64,000 nucleotides of DNA from a virus: positions 1-64,000 of IMG/VR virus record IMGVR_UViG_3300042502_001136. One strand, written 5' to 3'. Shown here piece by piece: positions 1-10,455 of this stretch. The notes beneath the pieces are model-generated. The model saw only the letters and a list, made by a program, of their open reading frames with translations, searched no databases and was not told where the DNA came from. A program made the position numbers and the translations under genes. How positions within the stretch are numbered: the stretch's first letter is position 1; every line of letters begins with the position of its first letter.

Positions 1-3000
1 TATCTGAATTAACTCCAAATAAACTATTTAAATAAGATAAAGCAGTACTAGTCATTTTAACATCATCAATAACTAATACATTCATAGTTTCATCTTTATC
101 TGATATAATAGGACTCTTACCACCATTATCCATACCAAGACGTTTACCCATAGTATTAGCAGTATTAATACCCATTTCTTCAGAAGTTTTACCAGTTTTA
201 TAAAATAAAGCAGGATCACCAATAAATAATTGTTGTATATTTAAATTAGCAATAGTAGTATTAATAACATAGTTTTTAAGTATATTATCAAGGTCATCAC
301 CTTTAACAGCTTTATAAACCTTATCTACTTTTATATAAGATTTTTTATTATCTTTACTTCTTTTAATAATACCATATTCTTGCCATAAAGCTCTTTTTTC
401 TGATACTAATTTAGATAAGTAACGAGTAACATATTCTATTAATATTGCATCAAATTCAGCAGTTTTTCCAACTCCTTCTACTAATGTACCATCTTCATTC
501 CATAATTCTTTAACATCATTTAATAAAGGAAATGATAAAAACTTTCCACCGCCTTGTTCATATTCTAAATTATTAAATGTTCCTTTATTAGCATTAAAAT
601 GATTAATTCTATCTATTTCAGGATAAAATAATATTTTAGCTAATTCTAATTTAGTTTCACTTGGTAGTACACCATTAACAAAAGTATATTCTCTTCTAGG
701 TACTTGTAATATAAATACATTACTTTTATCAGACATAGTAGGATATAATACTTTCATAATAGGAAGACCATTAGCATGAAGTCCTCTATTATAATATAAA
801 CCTAATTGGAAGTCTTCTAATTGTTCTGGTGTTAATTTATCAATAACTTTACCTATTTTACTATTTTTATATTTAATACTATCAGCAGTATAGTATTTAA
901 AGTATTTATACATTAAACTATGTTTATTTATACTAACTTCATTAGTATCTTCATCAATTTGATATAAATTAGCTAACCATGTAGAACTAGCACTATAAGG
1001 AACATCTAATAAATACTTTAATGGAACAGCATCATCTTTTAAATTAATAAATCTATCTACAACATATTTGTTATTTGCATAACTATATACTGTATCACCG
1101 TTACCGTTTTTAAAATTATCATTAAATAAATCATCTCTATAACGACTTACAACAAAAGCTAAATCTTTAAAAGAACTATCATCGTAAAGATTCATAGTAG
1201 ATAAATCTAAATCATTATCTTCTTCTATCTCTTCATTATTATTAGAGAAAGCAACAATAGTATTTTTAATATTTTTAAAAATACCATTAGATAAAATAAA
1301 ATGTTGATAAAGACTATATACTTGGTCATCTCTATACATACCATAATTAAGAAGGTTACTATGTACAATAGGTGGAATAACAATTCCTACCATTTCTAAC
1401 CAATCTTTAACTTTATAAACTTTAGTGGAATCAGCAACAATTTCATTATATAAAGCTTCAAATTCTTTAATGTTATCTGAATTAATTTTAATCTTATTTC
1501 CTTCTGTAATAAAAATATCTTTATTTTTAAGATTATTTTGCCACTCACTTAATACTAAATCTGTAACATTTTTAGCACTAGCAAGAGTAGGAATAAAATT
1601 ATATTCTTTTTTAGTACTATCATAATTAACACTTACATATAAATGATTAGTATGATGTTTACTAAAAGCAGTAACAAAAGCATTTTTAAAATGTGGTTCA
1701 GAATCTTTAAGTTTATTAATGATATCATGATAATAAGGTTTACCATCAACTTCTTCTTCTAATAATGCTATCACTTTATCATAAGTTAAAGTAATAGGAT
1801 TAGTATTAGATTTAGTTAATAATCTATTTAAACTAATATATACCTTATCAAATGGTACAATAATATCATTATTTAATATAGATTTCTTTGGATAAAATTG
1901 ATTTTCTCCATTAACATCTACAACATTATATTCTTTTATTCCTTCTAAGAAATTTTTAATCTCTTTAGTTAATGAAGTTCTAGGGTCAATAGTATATAAA
2001 GCTGTATCTAACCAAGTATTTCTTTCATCTTCTTCTGCATCTTTAACAGTATTATTATTTAATTCATTTTCTGAAGCACTAATACCTTTTTTACTTAATC
2101 GTCTTTCAACAGCTTTAATGATTTTAGATTTATTAGCTACGATACTATCTATTTGAAAATTAATAGTATCTATATCTATATCTCTACCCATATTAAAGGC
2201 TTGTAAATAGGCATCTTTAAGTCCTTCTAAACCATTTAGAGTTACTTTAACTTGTTGTTCAACATCAATTTTAAATCCTTCTGTATCTCTTTCTTCTAAT
2301 AATTCAGAATAAATTCTACTAGCAATAGATTCAATAAAATTATTAAAAGTACTAACATTTACACCTTTAATAATAGAAGAATTAGCTAATAAATAATCAT
2401 GACTATTTTTATCAAGATTATTATCAGCTATTGTATTATTATTACTTTTTAATTTAGAATCATTAGGATTAGCATCAAAATCAATATTATCTATATTAAA
2501 AATACTACCATCAGATAGTTTAATATCTTTTCCTTTTGTACGAGTAGGAACACCTTCATTTTCTTTAGCTTCAGCATTAACTTTTTTTGCAAATTCTTCA
2601 CCTACATTTTCAACAGCTTTAGTTACAGCAAAATTTAATCTACTTTGAATAGTATAAATAGGTTTACCATCTACATCTATTGAAAGATAAGAAGTTAATA
2701 AATTATCTTTAGCAAAATCATTATAATTTTCATAAGGTTTTATTAATTTATTATTACTGATTAAAAAAGGAACTTCTTTACTACCTAATTTATTAATATC
2801 AACATTAAAATAACTATTTTTAAGATGTTCTCTAAAATGTGCTAAATCTTGTGCTAAAGTTTCTTTACTATAATTTTTAGAACTTCCAATATAATTACTT
2901 TTATCATTTAAACCATAACCATAATAAATTATTCCATTTCTAACACTAATAAGAGATATACCTTCTCTAACTGTTTCTAAATAATTATTAAAATCAGTTA

Positions 3001-6000
3001 AATTTTCAGCTTTAGTATAAGTTAATTGAACAAAATTATTAAGGTATGTTTCAAGTCCTGCATTAGTTAATATATTAACACCATAAAGTTTCTGTATTTC
3101 ATCTACTAATGGTGTTTTAGTTTTATTTAAAAATAATTCTATTACAGATGCAATACTATCAATATAATCTTCTCTTACTTTAGCACGTCTAACAGGTAAA
3201 GCTAATTTCTTTTTACCAAAAGGTATTACAACAACAGTTTTACCCTCATCAAAAGTTGTTCTATTAGCAGTAGCTACAACTTTTTGTGGAGCATAAAATA
3301 GTTTACCGGCTTTAGATATAGCTATTTGAACATCAGGCATATTAGTACTAACAGGATTAAGTTCATTACTGTTATCAACAATAGGAACTCCAGGACTTCT
3401 TTCTGTTATTTTTGCTACAATTGTTTTATTAGAAGTTAATATATCACTTCTTAATGCTCGTAAAGCTTCTTGATCTTGTTTAACAGCTTCAATAGTAGAA
3501 TCTAAATTACTTAAGTTTACCCATGATACATCATGTAAATATAAACCTTCTATTAATTCTCCATTAATCATAATACCAATAGGAGCATCATCAATAGTAC
3601 TATTTTCACGAGTTCTAACATCTCCATTTTCTTCTACAATACTATCTAATGGTACAAATGTTATTTCAGTATCAACATTTAAGAATTTTGGGTCTAAAAT
3701 TCTCTTATCAAAATTAGTATTAAGAAAATTATTTAAATCTTGTTTACCTACTCTTACAAAAATATTAGTTTTATTATCTGATTCAACTTTAAAAGTATCT
3801 TTATAAGATTTAGCTAAATATGCTAATAGATTAGAACCGGTTTCATTGTATCTTTTAAATACAAATCCATTACCTGTTACATCTACTCCATTTAATTTTG
3901 CCATATCTCTATAGATAGCGAGATTATCTTTAGTGATATCATCTACTTGAAAATTATATAAACCTTTAGGAATACTAAATATTGCAACTTTATTAAAACG
4001 ATTAACTAAAGTTTTATTAGCTTTAGTATCATTTAATACTTCTTCATAAGTACCTTCAATATTTTGTTTAGTTGCAACATTATAAATATTCTTAAAAGCA
4101 ACGAAATTTTTAATAAATGTTTCTTTACCGATAATGCCTTCTATAGCTTCAGAAACTTCTTTAATATCTCTAATGTTAATATTAAGTCCTTCAAGTTTAC
4201 GTAAAATATCAGTTAAAGCTTGTGCTTGTTTTAATACTTCATTAAAATCAACATTATTATTAGGATTAAAATCCATTGTAGGATTTTCATCTTTAATATC
4301 AGCTAAATTACCAAAGAAATCATTAACAGATTGACTTAAATCAAGATTTTTTTGATTAATAGCATTAAGTTCAGCTTTAAGTTGATTTTCAATATCTACT
4401 AATGTTTTATTAGTAATGTCTATGCTATCTCCCAATAGAGGATAGCTCTGTTTCATCATAACTGAACCTTGTGCAAAACTTACTCTAAAAGCAGTAATAC
4501 TAGTAAGTAAATCTTTAACATTAATATTAGGATTTTCAACAGCTTGTTTAATACTATTTAAAGTACTATCTAAATCTGCTTCACCAAAAACAGGAAAATC
4601 AATACTTCTTACTGCTCCCGTATTATACTTTTTATCTACTGTTGCAGTTGGCACATTATCAGGTTGTACTACTGGTGCAGGTTTAGGAGTAGGAGTATTA
4701 ACAGGAGTAGCTTTAGTATCAACTACAACAGGGTCAACTGCAACTACCGGAGCCACAACAACATCTTCTATTGGGGAAACGGCTTTTTTATCAATACTTT
4801 TCTTTAAAGCATTAATATCTTTTCTATCTGCTGATTTTTTAGCAATAGTTTTCTGTAATTTTTCTTGCTCTTTTTTAGCTTCTTTATTTTTAGCAATAGC
4901 ATCTTTAATAAAACCTTGATATTCTTTACTAGTAATATTATCAAAATGTAATTGAATATTACTATTAGTATTTTGTAAAATATCTAATGCTAATACTAAT
5001 TCTTTAAATTTTCTATAAGTAGCAGTTTGTCTGAATCTAGGCTTAACTTTATTAATACTTTCTCTAGTTAATTCACCATTAACTAAATAACTATCACCAG
5101 GAGCAAATTCAGGTTTATATTTAAATCTTTCATTAGCTTCTTGTATTACAGCTAATGCTTCTTCTTTTCTTTGTTTAACTAGTTTTTTAATATCTTCTAA
5201 TTCTATAGAAGTTCCATAAACTTGGTCGCTATTAAGATATGCTTTACTTTCAATGAATTTCTTTTCAAGAGTTTCAATTGTTTTAATAGCTTCTTTAGCT
5301 CTAGTTTTATAGTAATTATTAGTACCTTTATCTTGTCTATTATAAATACCTTTTTCTTCTGCTTCTTCTTCTGATAATTCTTCAAAACTTTTGTATAATT
5401 CAATTAAACTATCAGTAGTACCTAATTCAAAGTTTTTAGTAGCTTGATGATATAACAATCTATTAGTTAAATCTTCTACTCTAACTTGGTCTTTAGCTTC
5501 TTGTGCTGTAGCTAATTCATTATATAATTCTGTTTCTTCTTGAGCAGTATAAAATACATTAGTAAAATCATTAACTTTATTAAGTTTACTACGTTTTTGA
5601 TTTTCTGCTATTTGTACCTGCTGTTGCGTATACCTTTTTTGTCTAATACTATTATCACTAATATAAGATTTGTCGTTCCCGACCTTTTTTAAGGCGATTT
5701 CCCGTGCTTTCGCTTGGCTTTCCTCACTAGACATACCTTGACTTTTAAACGTTTGATACGCATCAGAAAAAGCCTGTCTATACTCAATATTTTTGTTAAT
5801 TGGTAGGTACTTTCCGGCTTTGGTTAAAGCTGTTTGTCCTGCACCACCAATAAAGCCTAATATTCCTGCTTCTATACCTTCATCAGTAGCAATATCAGTT
5901 AAAGCATCTTTAAATGTGTAATTATCAGCTAATGCTCGTTTTTGTGCAATTAAATTTATTTCTTCTTCTAAAAATTCTTGTCCGCCTTCTAATCCAATTT

Positions 6001-7084
6001 GTCTAAGAGATTTTAATTTATTTGGAGCATCTATTAATACTCTAGTATTTATTGGAGTTTTAAGAAACATATTAGCACTAGTAATATTTAAAAGAATATT
6101 AAGTCTATTAAAATTAATAGCACTAGCAGCAGCTTCTGAAGCTTTTTGTTTAGCCATACTTGCTATTTCGGCATCACTTACATCTTTATATTTCTCATCT
6201 GCTCTTAGCATTTTTACATTAGTATTATAAGACTCTTCGAAAGTATCAAGACCTACTCCAAATGCTTCTGCATTATTTAACAAAAATGCATTAGATAAAG
6301 TAGTAGCAGTTCTTACACCTTGTTGAGCTCTAGCACCTAATTGAGAAGTTTTACCTAAAGTTTTAATATACTTAGCTAGTTGAGCACCTTTAGAAAAAGT
6401 ACCACCTGCTATACCTCCGGTAACATAACCCGCACCAACAAATCCTCCTATACTTGTTAATAGGCTTTCTCCTGTTTCAAACCAATAAGCAGGGTCTCCA
6501 ATATCTAATGATTTACCTTCATTTTCTCTATAGATAGGCATAGCATCTTTAGCACCTTGTTGAAACTCTCTTATTTTTTCTAATAAATGATTACTTACTT
6601 GACTTTCATTTTCGTAGTAACTATTTACATCAAAACTACCAATAATATTGGCAGCTACTTCAGGTAGTACATTTACTGCAAGTCTACCCATAGCATTTCT
6701 AGCTTGTGCCCAATTACTTTGGGCTCTAGCACGTTCTCCAAAAGCCGCTTCTTTACTACTGATAAAATCAGTATTAAGATATCCGGCTAATTCATCTAAA
6801 TTTACACCTGTATTTCTTTCTGCTCCTGTTACAACACGATTAGTAGTAAACTTAGACATTCCTTCAGAAGTTCTACGTTTAATTTCTACTGGTTGTTCTC
6901 CTAAAGTTTGATTGTCAGTAGGAGTTTCGGTTTTAACAGTATTCCCTTTTTGTTTTTTAGGGTCTGTTTGATTTGTATTATCAGCAGAAAACCCCAAACT
7001 ATTGTTTGAGGTTAAATCTGCCATAATATCTGCAAGTGAATCCGGTGTTTTATTAACATTAGAATCATTAAAGTTATTATTCAT
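1..7084 (-). CDS. giant virion cargo polyprotein, probable virion RNA polymerase (continues beyond left edge)
   Basis: ATG at 7084 (MNNNFNDSNVNKTPD...). The same frame was open wherever I spot-checked it (both ends, 5640-5820); the ORF is absent from the track, consistent with no in-window stop. LFIGDPALFYK...GKRL near 140-230 resembles crAss-like vRNAP sequence, and the position after muzzle and cargo genes fits. The catalytic Asp motif was not seen. Confidence 0.8.
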   Translation of the reverse strand, partial: MNNNFNDSNVNKTPDSLADIMADLTSNNSLGFSADNTNQTDPKKQKGNTVKTETPTDNQTLGEQPVEIKRRTSEGMSKFTTNRVVTGAERNTGVNLDELAGYLNTDFISSKEAAFGERARAQSNWAQARNAMGRLAVNVLPEVAANIIGSFDVNSYYENESQVSNHLLEKIREFQQGAKDAMPIYRENEGKSLDIGDPAYWFETGESLLTSIGGFVGAGYVTGGIAGGTFSKGAQLAKYIKTLGKTSQLGARAQQGVRTATTLSNAFLLNNAEAFGVGLDTFEESYNTNVKMLRADEKYKDVSDAEIASMAKQKASEAAASAINFNRLNILLNITSANMFLKTPINTRVLIDAPNKLKSLRQIGLEGGQEFLEEEINLIAQKRALADNYTFKDALTDIATDEGIEAGILGFIGGAGQTALTKAGKYLPINKNIEYRQAFSDAYQTFKSQGMSSEESQAKAREIALKKVGNDKSYISDNSIRQKRYTQQQVQIAENQKRSKLNKVNDFTNVFYTAQEETELYNELATAQEAKDQVRVEDLTNRLLYHQATKNFELGTTDSLIELYKSFEELSEEEAEEKGIYNRQDKGTNNYYKTRAKEAIKTIETLEKKFIESKAYLNSDQVYGTSIELEDIKKLVKQRKEEALAVIQEANERFKYKPEFAPGDSYLVNGELTRESINKVKPRFRQTATYRKFKELVLALDILQNTNSNIQLHFDNITSKEYQGFIKDAIAKNKEAKKEQEKLQKTIAKKSADRKDINALKKSIDKKAVSPIEDVVVAPVVAVDPVVVDTKATPVNTPTPKPAPVVQPDNVPTATVDKKYNTGAVRSIDFPVFGEADLDSTLNSIKQAVENPNINVKDLLTSITAFRVSFAQGSVMMKQSYPLLGDSIDITNKTLVDIENQLKAELNAINQKNLDLSQSVNDFFGNLADIKDENPTMDFNPNNNVDFNEVLKQAQALTDILRKLEGLNINIRDIKEVSEAIEGIIGKETFIKNFVAFKNIYNVATKQNIEGTYEEVLNDTKANKTLVNRFNKVAIFSIPKGLYNFQVDDITKDNLAIYRDMAKLNGVDVTGNGFVFKRYNETGSNLLAYLAKSYKDTFKVESDNKTNIFVRVGKQDLNNFLNTNFDKRILDPKFLNVDTEITFVPLDSIVEENGDVRTRENSTIDDAPIGIMINGELIEGLYLHDVSWVNLSNLDSTIEAVKQDQEALRALRSDILTSNKTIVAKITERSPGVPIVDNSNELNPVSTNMPDVQIAISKAGKLFYAPQKVVATANRTTFDEGKTVVVIPFGKKKLALPVRRAKVREDYIDSIASVIELFLNKTKTPLVDEIQKLYGVNILTNAGLETYLNNFVQLTYTKAENLTDFNNYLETVREGISLISVRNGIIYYGYGLNDKSNYIGSSKNYSKETLAQDLAHFREHLKNSYFNVDINKLGSKEVPFLISNNKLIKPYENYNDFAKDNLLTSYLSIDVDGKPIYTIQSRLNFAVTKAVENVGEEFAKKVNAEAKENEGVPTRTKGKDIKLSDGSIFNIDNIDFDANPNDSKLKSNNNTIADNNLDKNSHDYLLANSSIIKGVNVSTFNNFIESIASRIYSELLEERDTEGFKIDVEQQVKVTLNGLEGLKDAYLQAFNMGRDIDIDTINFQIDSIVANKSKIIKAVERRLSKKGISASENELNNNTVKDAEEDERNTWLDTALYTIDPRTSLTKEIKNFLEGIKEYNVVDVNGENQFYPKKSILNNDIIVPFDKVYISLNRLLTKSNTNPITLTYDKVIALLEEEVDGKPYYHDIINKLKDSEPHFKNAFVTAFSKHHTNHLYVSVNYDSTKKEYNFIPTLASAKNVTDLVLSEWQNNLKNKDIFITEGNKIKINSDNIKEFEALYNEIVADSTKVYKVKDWLEMVGIVIPPIVHSNLLNYGMYRDDQVYSLYQHFILSNGIFKNIKNTIVAFSNNNEEIEEDNDLDLSTMNLYDDSSFKDLAFVVSRYRDDLFNDNFKNGNGDTVYSYANNKYVVDRFINLKDDAVPLKYLLDVPYSASSTWLANLYQIDEDTNEVSINKHSLMYKYFKYYTADSIKYKNSKIGKVIDKLTPEQLEDFQLGLYYNRGLHANGLPIMKVLYPTMSDKSNVFILQVPRREYTFVNGVLPSETKLELAKILFYPEIDRINHFNANKGTFNNLEYEQGGGKFLSFPLLNDVKELWNEDGTLVEGVGKTAEFDAILIEYVTRYLSKLVSEKRALWQEYGIIKRSKDNKKSYIKVDKVYKAVKGDDLDNILKNYVINTTIANLNIQQLFIGDPALFYKTGKTSEEMGINTANTMGKRLGMDNGGKSPIISDKDETMNVLVIDDVKMTSTALSYLNSLFGVNSD
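4765..4779 (-). repeat. dispersed motif copy TTTCCCCAATAGAAG
   Basis: inside the giant ORF; inverted partner at 4428-4442. Confidence 0.7.
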
Positions 7085-7112
7085 TTTTTATACTTTTTAA
7101 AGTTATATTAAT

Positions 7113-10100
7113 CTATATAGAGTCAGTAATAAATTCAGCGTGAATATGTGGTTTTCCGTCAATAGTGTGAGTAAATATTTTAGCAATACCATATTTTTTT
7201 AGTAAAGCTCCATCATTTTGTACTTTATTAAAGAAAGCTAATCCTTCTTTATTAGCTCTAAAATCTACACTATGTGCATATTTATGAGCACTATCTTTAG
7301 CACTACCTTTTAATCCAAAATGAGTAGCTTCTCCTCTAAATCCTCCATCAATTACTAAGTTATTTTCACTTAAAATTGTATCTATATAACTTACTATATT
7401 TTTATGTACATAAGGATATTGAGCAATAGCTGAAACAGCCGAACCATAAGAAGGTCTTAAATCTACTAAATCTTTTTGTGGTACTCTTGTTTCAAATGTT
7501 TTAGTTTCTCCTTTACTATTTTTTAATTGAGTAGTATAGTTAACACCACCATACATACTTTTCATAGTATTTAAAGTATTAGCATAATTAAATACTTCTA
7601 CTGCACCAGTAGGAGTAGTTCTATATCCTTCATCACTTAAATTACTATTATAAGTATTAACATAATTTTGAGCAGTATTAGTTGTTCTGAATTGATATTC
7701 TTCTTGTAATAAAGTAGCACCAACTACCTGTTTAATATCAGCAGGAGAATTAAAATAAACAGGTTTATAAGTTGTACTAGTTTCTAAGTCATCTTTATCT
7801 ATATAGCCTGAATTTCCTTTATCATCAATAGCCCATACTTCATTTCCACTTTCTAGCTTATAATCTACATTTCTTATGTTTCCTTGTCTAGCAGAACGAG
7901 CAACAGCAGTAATTCTTAATTTCTCTTCTCTATCTGTTCCTTTATTAAGAGTCCAAGTTTCTGATTCTCCGGCAGGTAATATATAAAGATTTTTAGTATC
8001 TAAATCTTTTCCTTCTGGTCTAGTATTAGCATAATATTCTCCCATATTTAAAGCTAAATTCTTTTTATGAGCAGAGTTAGTACTAGCAACATCAGTATAT
8101 AAACCAAATAAGAATTCTCTGACTTGATCATCTTCTCCGTTATCATGTTTAAATTCATTAGTTGCTACTAATTTAATACCTTTAGCATTAGGACTTTTAG
8201 TATCTGAACTAAACCATCCACCTTTAGTAGCCTCTTCTCCTTCTTTAGTTAAAATAACATTAATACCATACTGAATACCTTTATTTCTATCTCTTTGAAT
8301 TAAGTATTCTGCATTAGTTTTATCCCAATCAATATAAGTGCCAGATGCATCAGGTAAACCATAGTCATTAACTAATACATCAGCAAGTGTTCTACCATCA
8401 ACTTCAAATTGTTCAGGTGTTGCTTTAAGCGTAGTTTGTAAATTCTTTCTAAATTCTACATATTGTTTACTAGCAGTTTTAGTAGTTTCTCCACTTACCA
8501 TAAAATAAGATAAATCTTGTGTACCACTTATTCCACCCATTTCTTCAAATGTACCATGTTTTTTCTTCATCATATCTACACCATTAAGCATAGAAGCAGA
8601 AAATACTAATTTATTATCACTAACATAATAATCTTTAGGAACACCAAGAGCATTACTAGCAGATTCATCTTTAGCATAAGCTTCTACTACCATACTTTTA
8701 AATTCTTCTTCATCAGGAGTATCATAAAATTGACTAAAATTAGTAGAATTTGTTACAACTCTATTAGTATTAATTGCTCCAGTTTCAGTAAGTAAATCAG
8801 GTTTTAATTGATTAAGTATAAAACTATTATCTTTTGTATCAGTTCCTAATTTTAAATAAATTCTATTATTTTTAGTATATACTCCTGCGGTACTAGCAGA
8901 TTTATTTAATTCTTCTTCAGTTTGATAAAAAGATAATTTTTTACCAAATAGTTCAAAAGTTGTAGCATCTATTAGTTTTCCTTTATCTTCTACACTAATA
9001 CTAGGAGCATTAGAACGAGAACTAGGTTTTTCTAAAATACTAAAATTTAATCGTTTTGCTTCTTCTATTGATTCTGCTTTTCCTTTTTTATAAGTTTCTT
9101 CTACATTAAAATTTGCTTTACGAGCTAAGTCAACAGCTTGTTGATTAATTTGTTTTTCTTGTTGTTCAATACCAGCAATTTCTTCATCAATTTTTTGAAT
9201 ATTTTGTTGCATTAATTCTAGTTGAGCAGGTTCCATTCCTTTACCACCATTTTTAATAGCAATTCTATAAGAATTTAATTCTCCTTGAGCAACTAATCTT
9301 TTTTCAACAGCTTGTGCTTTTTGAAGTTGTAATTGTTTAACATCAGCAACATCATAAGTACTTTTAACACTAAAAGGCTCAACAGTAATAGCGACATTAT
9401 TTGCAGTTTCTACTTGTTGTGTAGCATTACTAGCTTTAATACTTTCTAATAATAATTCATCTTTAAGTGTTGTAAGTTCTTCTTGTTTATAGCCAAATTT
9501 AGCAACAGGTGCTTCTAAAGCTTTAACTTTTTGAGAACTTTTAGAATATTGAAGTATAATATCACGAGGATTAATTTCTCCATTTCTAATCATGTTATCA
9601 AGTTCTTCATTTGTAATAGCAGCATTACCAAATATTTGTTCTTTAACTTTACTACTTAAAATAGAATTTAATGCTTCGCCAGTAGGAGGAATTTGAGATG
9701 CTTGAAATTCAGCATATTCATCAATATATCTTTTACTTTCAGGATCTGCTTCTAAATAAGCTAAACCTGCACTAAATAATTCTGCTTCTGAAACTTCTGT
9801 ATTTGCTACTAATCCTAGATATCCAGGAATTTCTTTATTAACTGTTATTCTTCCTGTAGCAGGATTTCTAGTAATATACTTATCTGCCATCCACCCATCC
9901 ATAAGTTTAAGAAGTTTAGCTTGAGTATCTACATCGGCAACAATACTACGACCTGTAAAATTAGGTCTAGTAAACGTACCATCAGGTCTTTGTGTTATAC
10001 CTTTATGGTCTAATTGTGCTCTTTGTTTAGTCCAAGCAGCTCTTTCAGGGTCTAAAATAGCTTTATCAACTTCTGCATTATAAGCAGATGCTTGTTGTGC

Positions 10101-10448
10101 TTCAGTTATTAATTCGTATCCTCCTAATTTATTATAAAAATCATTAGCATATTGATTAACATCTAAAACTTTTTCTTCATAATTATCTTCATTTATTCCT
10201 GCTAAAACTTCATTATGTTTAGCTTTAAGATTATCATAAACAAGTTTAGAGTCCGGATTGGACTCTAAATATGGCATTTGATTAAGTACTCTATCCATTT
10301 CATTTTTAGCATTTTTGGTATAAATATAATCATCTTCTTTCTTTTCCATCAATGCTTTTCTTTCATCTATTGGAGGAGCTACATATTCTCTAGGAGTATT
10401 ATCATAATATAAATCTCCTAATAGTTTAGTTCTTATTGGTTGTAACAT
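7113..10448 (-). CDS. large virion cargo/ejection protein with C-terminal M15-like Zn peptidase domain
   Basis: 1111 aa; C-terminal GGFR...SAHKYAHSVDF...PHIHAEF; adjacent to the giant ORF. Confidence 0.7.
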   Translation of the reverse strand: MLQPIRTKLLGDLYYDNTPREYVAPPIDERKALMEKKEDDYIYTKNAKNEMDRVLNQMPYLESNPDSKLVYDNLKAKHNEVLAGINEDNYEEKVLDVNQYANDFYNKLGGYELITEAQQASAYNAEVDKAILDPERAAWTKQRAQLDHKGITQRPDGTFTRPNFTGRSIVADVDTQAKLLKLMDGWMADKYITRNPATGRITVNKEIPGYLGLVANTEVSEAELFSAGLAYLEADPESKRYIDEYAEFQASQIPPTGEALNSILSSKVKEQIFGNAAITNEELDNMIRNGEINPRDIILQYSKSSQKVKALEAPVAKFGYKQEELTTLKDELLLESIKASNATQQVETANNVAITVEPFSVKSTYDVADVKQLQLQKAQAVEKRLVAQGELNSYRIAIKNGGKGMEPAQLELMQQNIQKIDEEIAGIEQQEKQINQQAVDLARKANFNVEETYKKGKAESIEEAKRLNFSILEKPSSRSNAPSISVEDKGKLIDATTFELFGKKLSFYQTEEELNKSASTAGVYTKNNRIYLKLGTDTKDNSFILNQLKPDLLTETGAINTNRVVTNSTNFSQFYDTPDEEEFKSMVVEAYAKDESASNALGVPKDYYVSDNKLVFSASMLNGVDMMKKKHGTFEEMGGISGTQDLSYFMVSGETTKTASKQYVEFRKNLQTTLKATPEQFEVDGRTLADVLVNDYGLPDASGTYIDWDKTNAEYLIQRDRNKGIQYGINVILTKEGEEATKGGWFSSDTKSPNAKGIKLVATNEFKHDNGEDDQVREFLFGLYTDVASTNSAHKKNLALNMGEYYANTRPEGKDLDTKNLYILPAGESETWTLNKGTDREEKLRITAVARSARQGNIRNVDYKLESGNEVWAIDDKGNSGYIDKDDLETSTTYKPVYFNSPADIKQVVGATLLQEEYQFRTTNTAQNYVNTYNSNLSDEGYRTTPTGAVEVFNYANTLNTMKSMYGGVNYTTQLKNSKGETKTFETRVPQKDLVDLRPSYGSAVSAIAQYPYVHKNIVSYIDTILSENNLVIDGGFRGEATHFGLKGSAKDSAHKYAHSVDFRANKEGLAFFNKVQNDGALLKKYGIAKIFTHTIDGKPHIHAEFITDSI

Positions 10449-10455
10449 ACTTTAA

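Noticed and set aside
1425-6911. Short track ORFs at 1425, 4134, 5203 and 6648
   Set aside because: Antisense or off-frame shadows of the giant minus-strand ORF.
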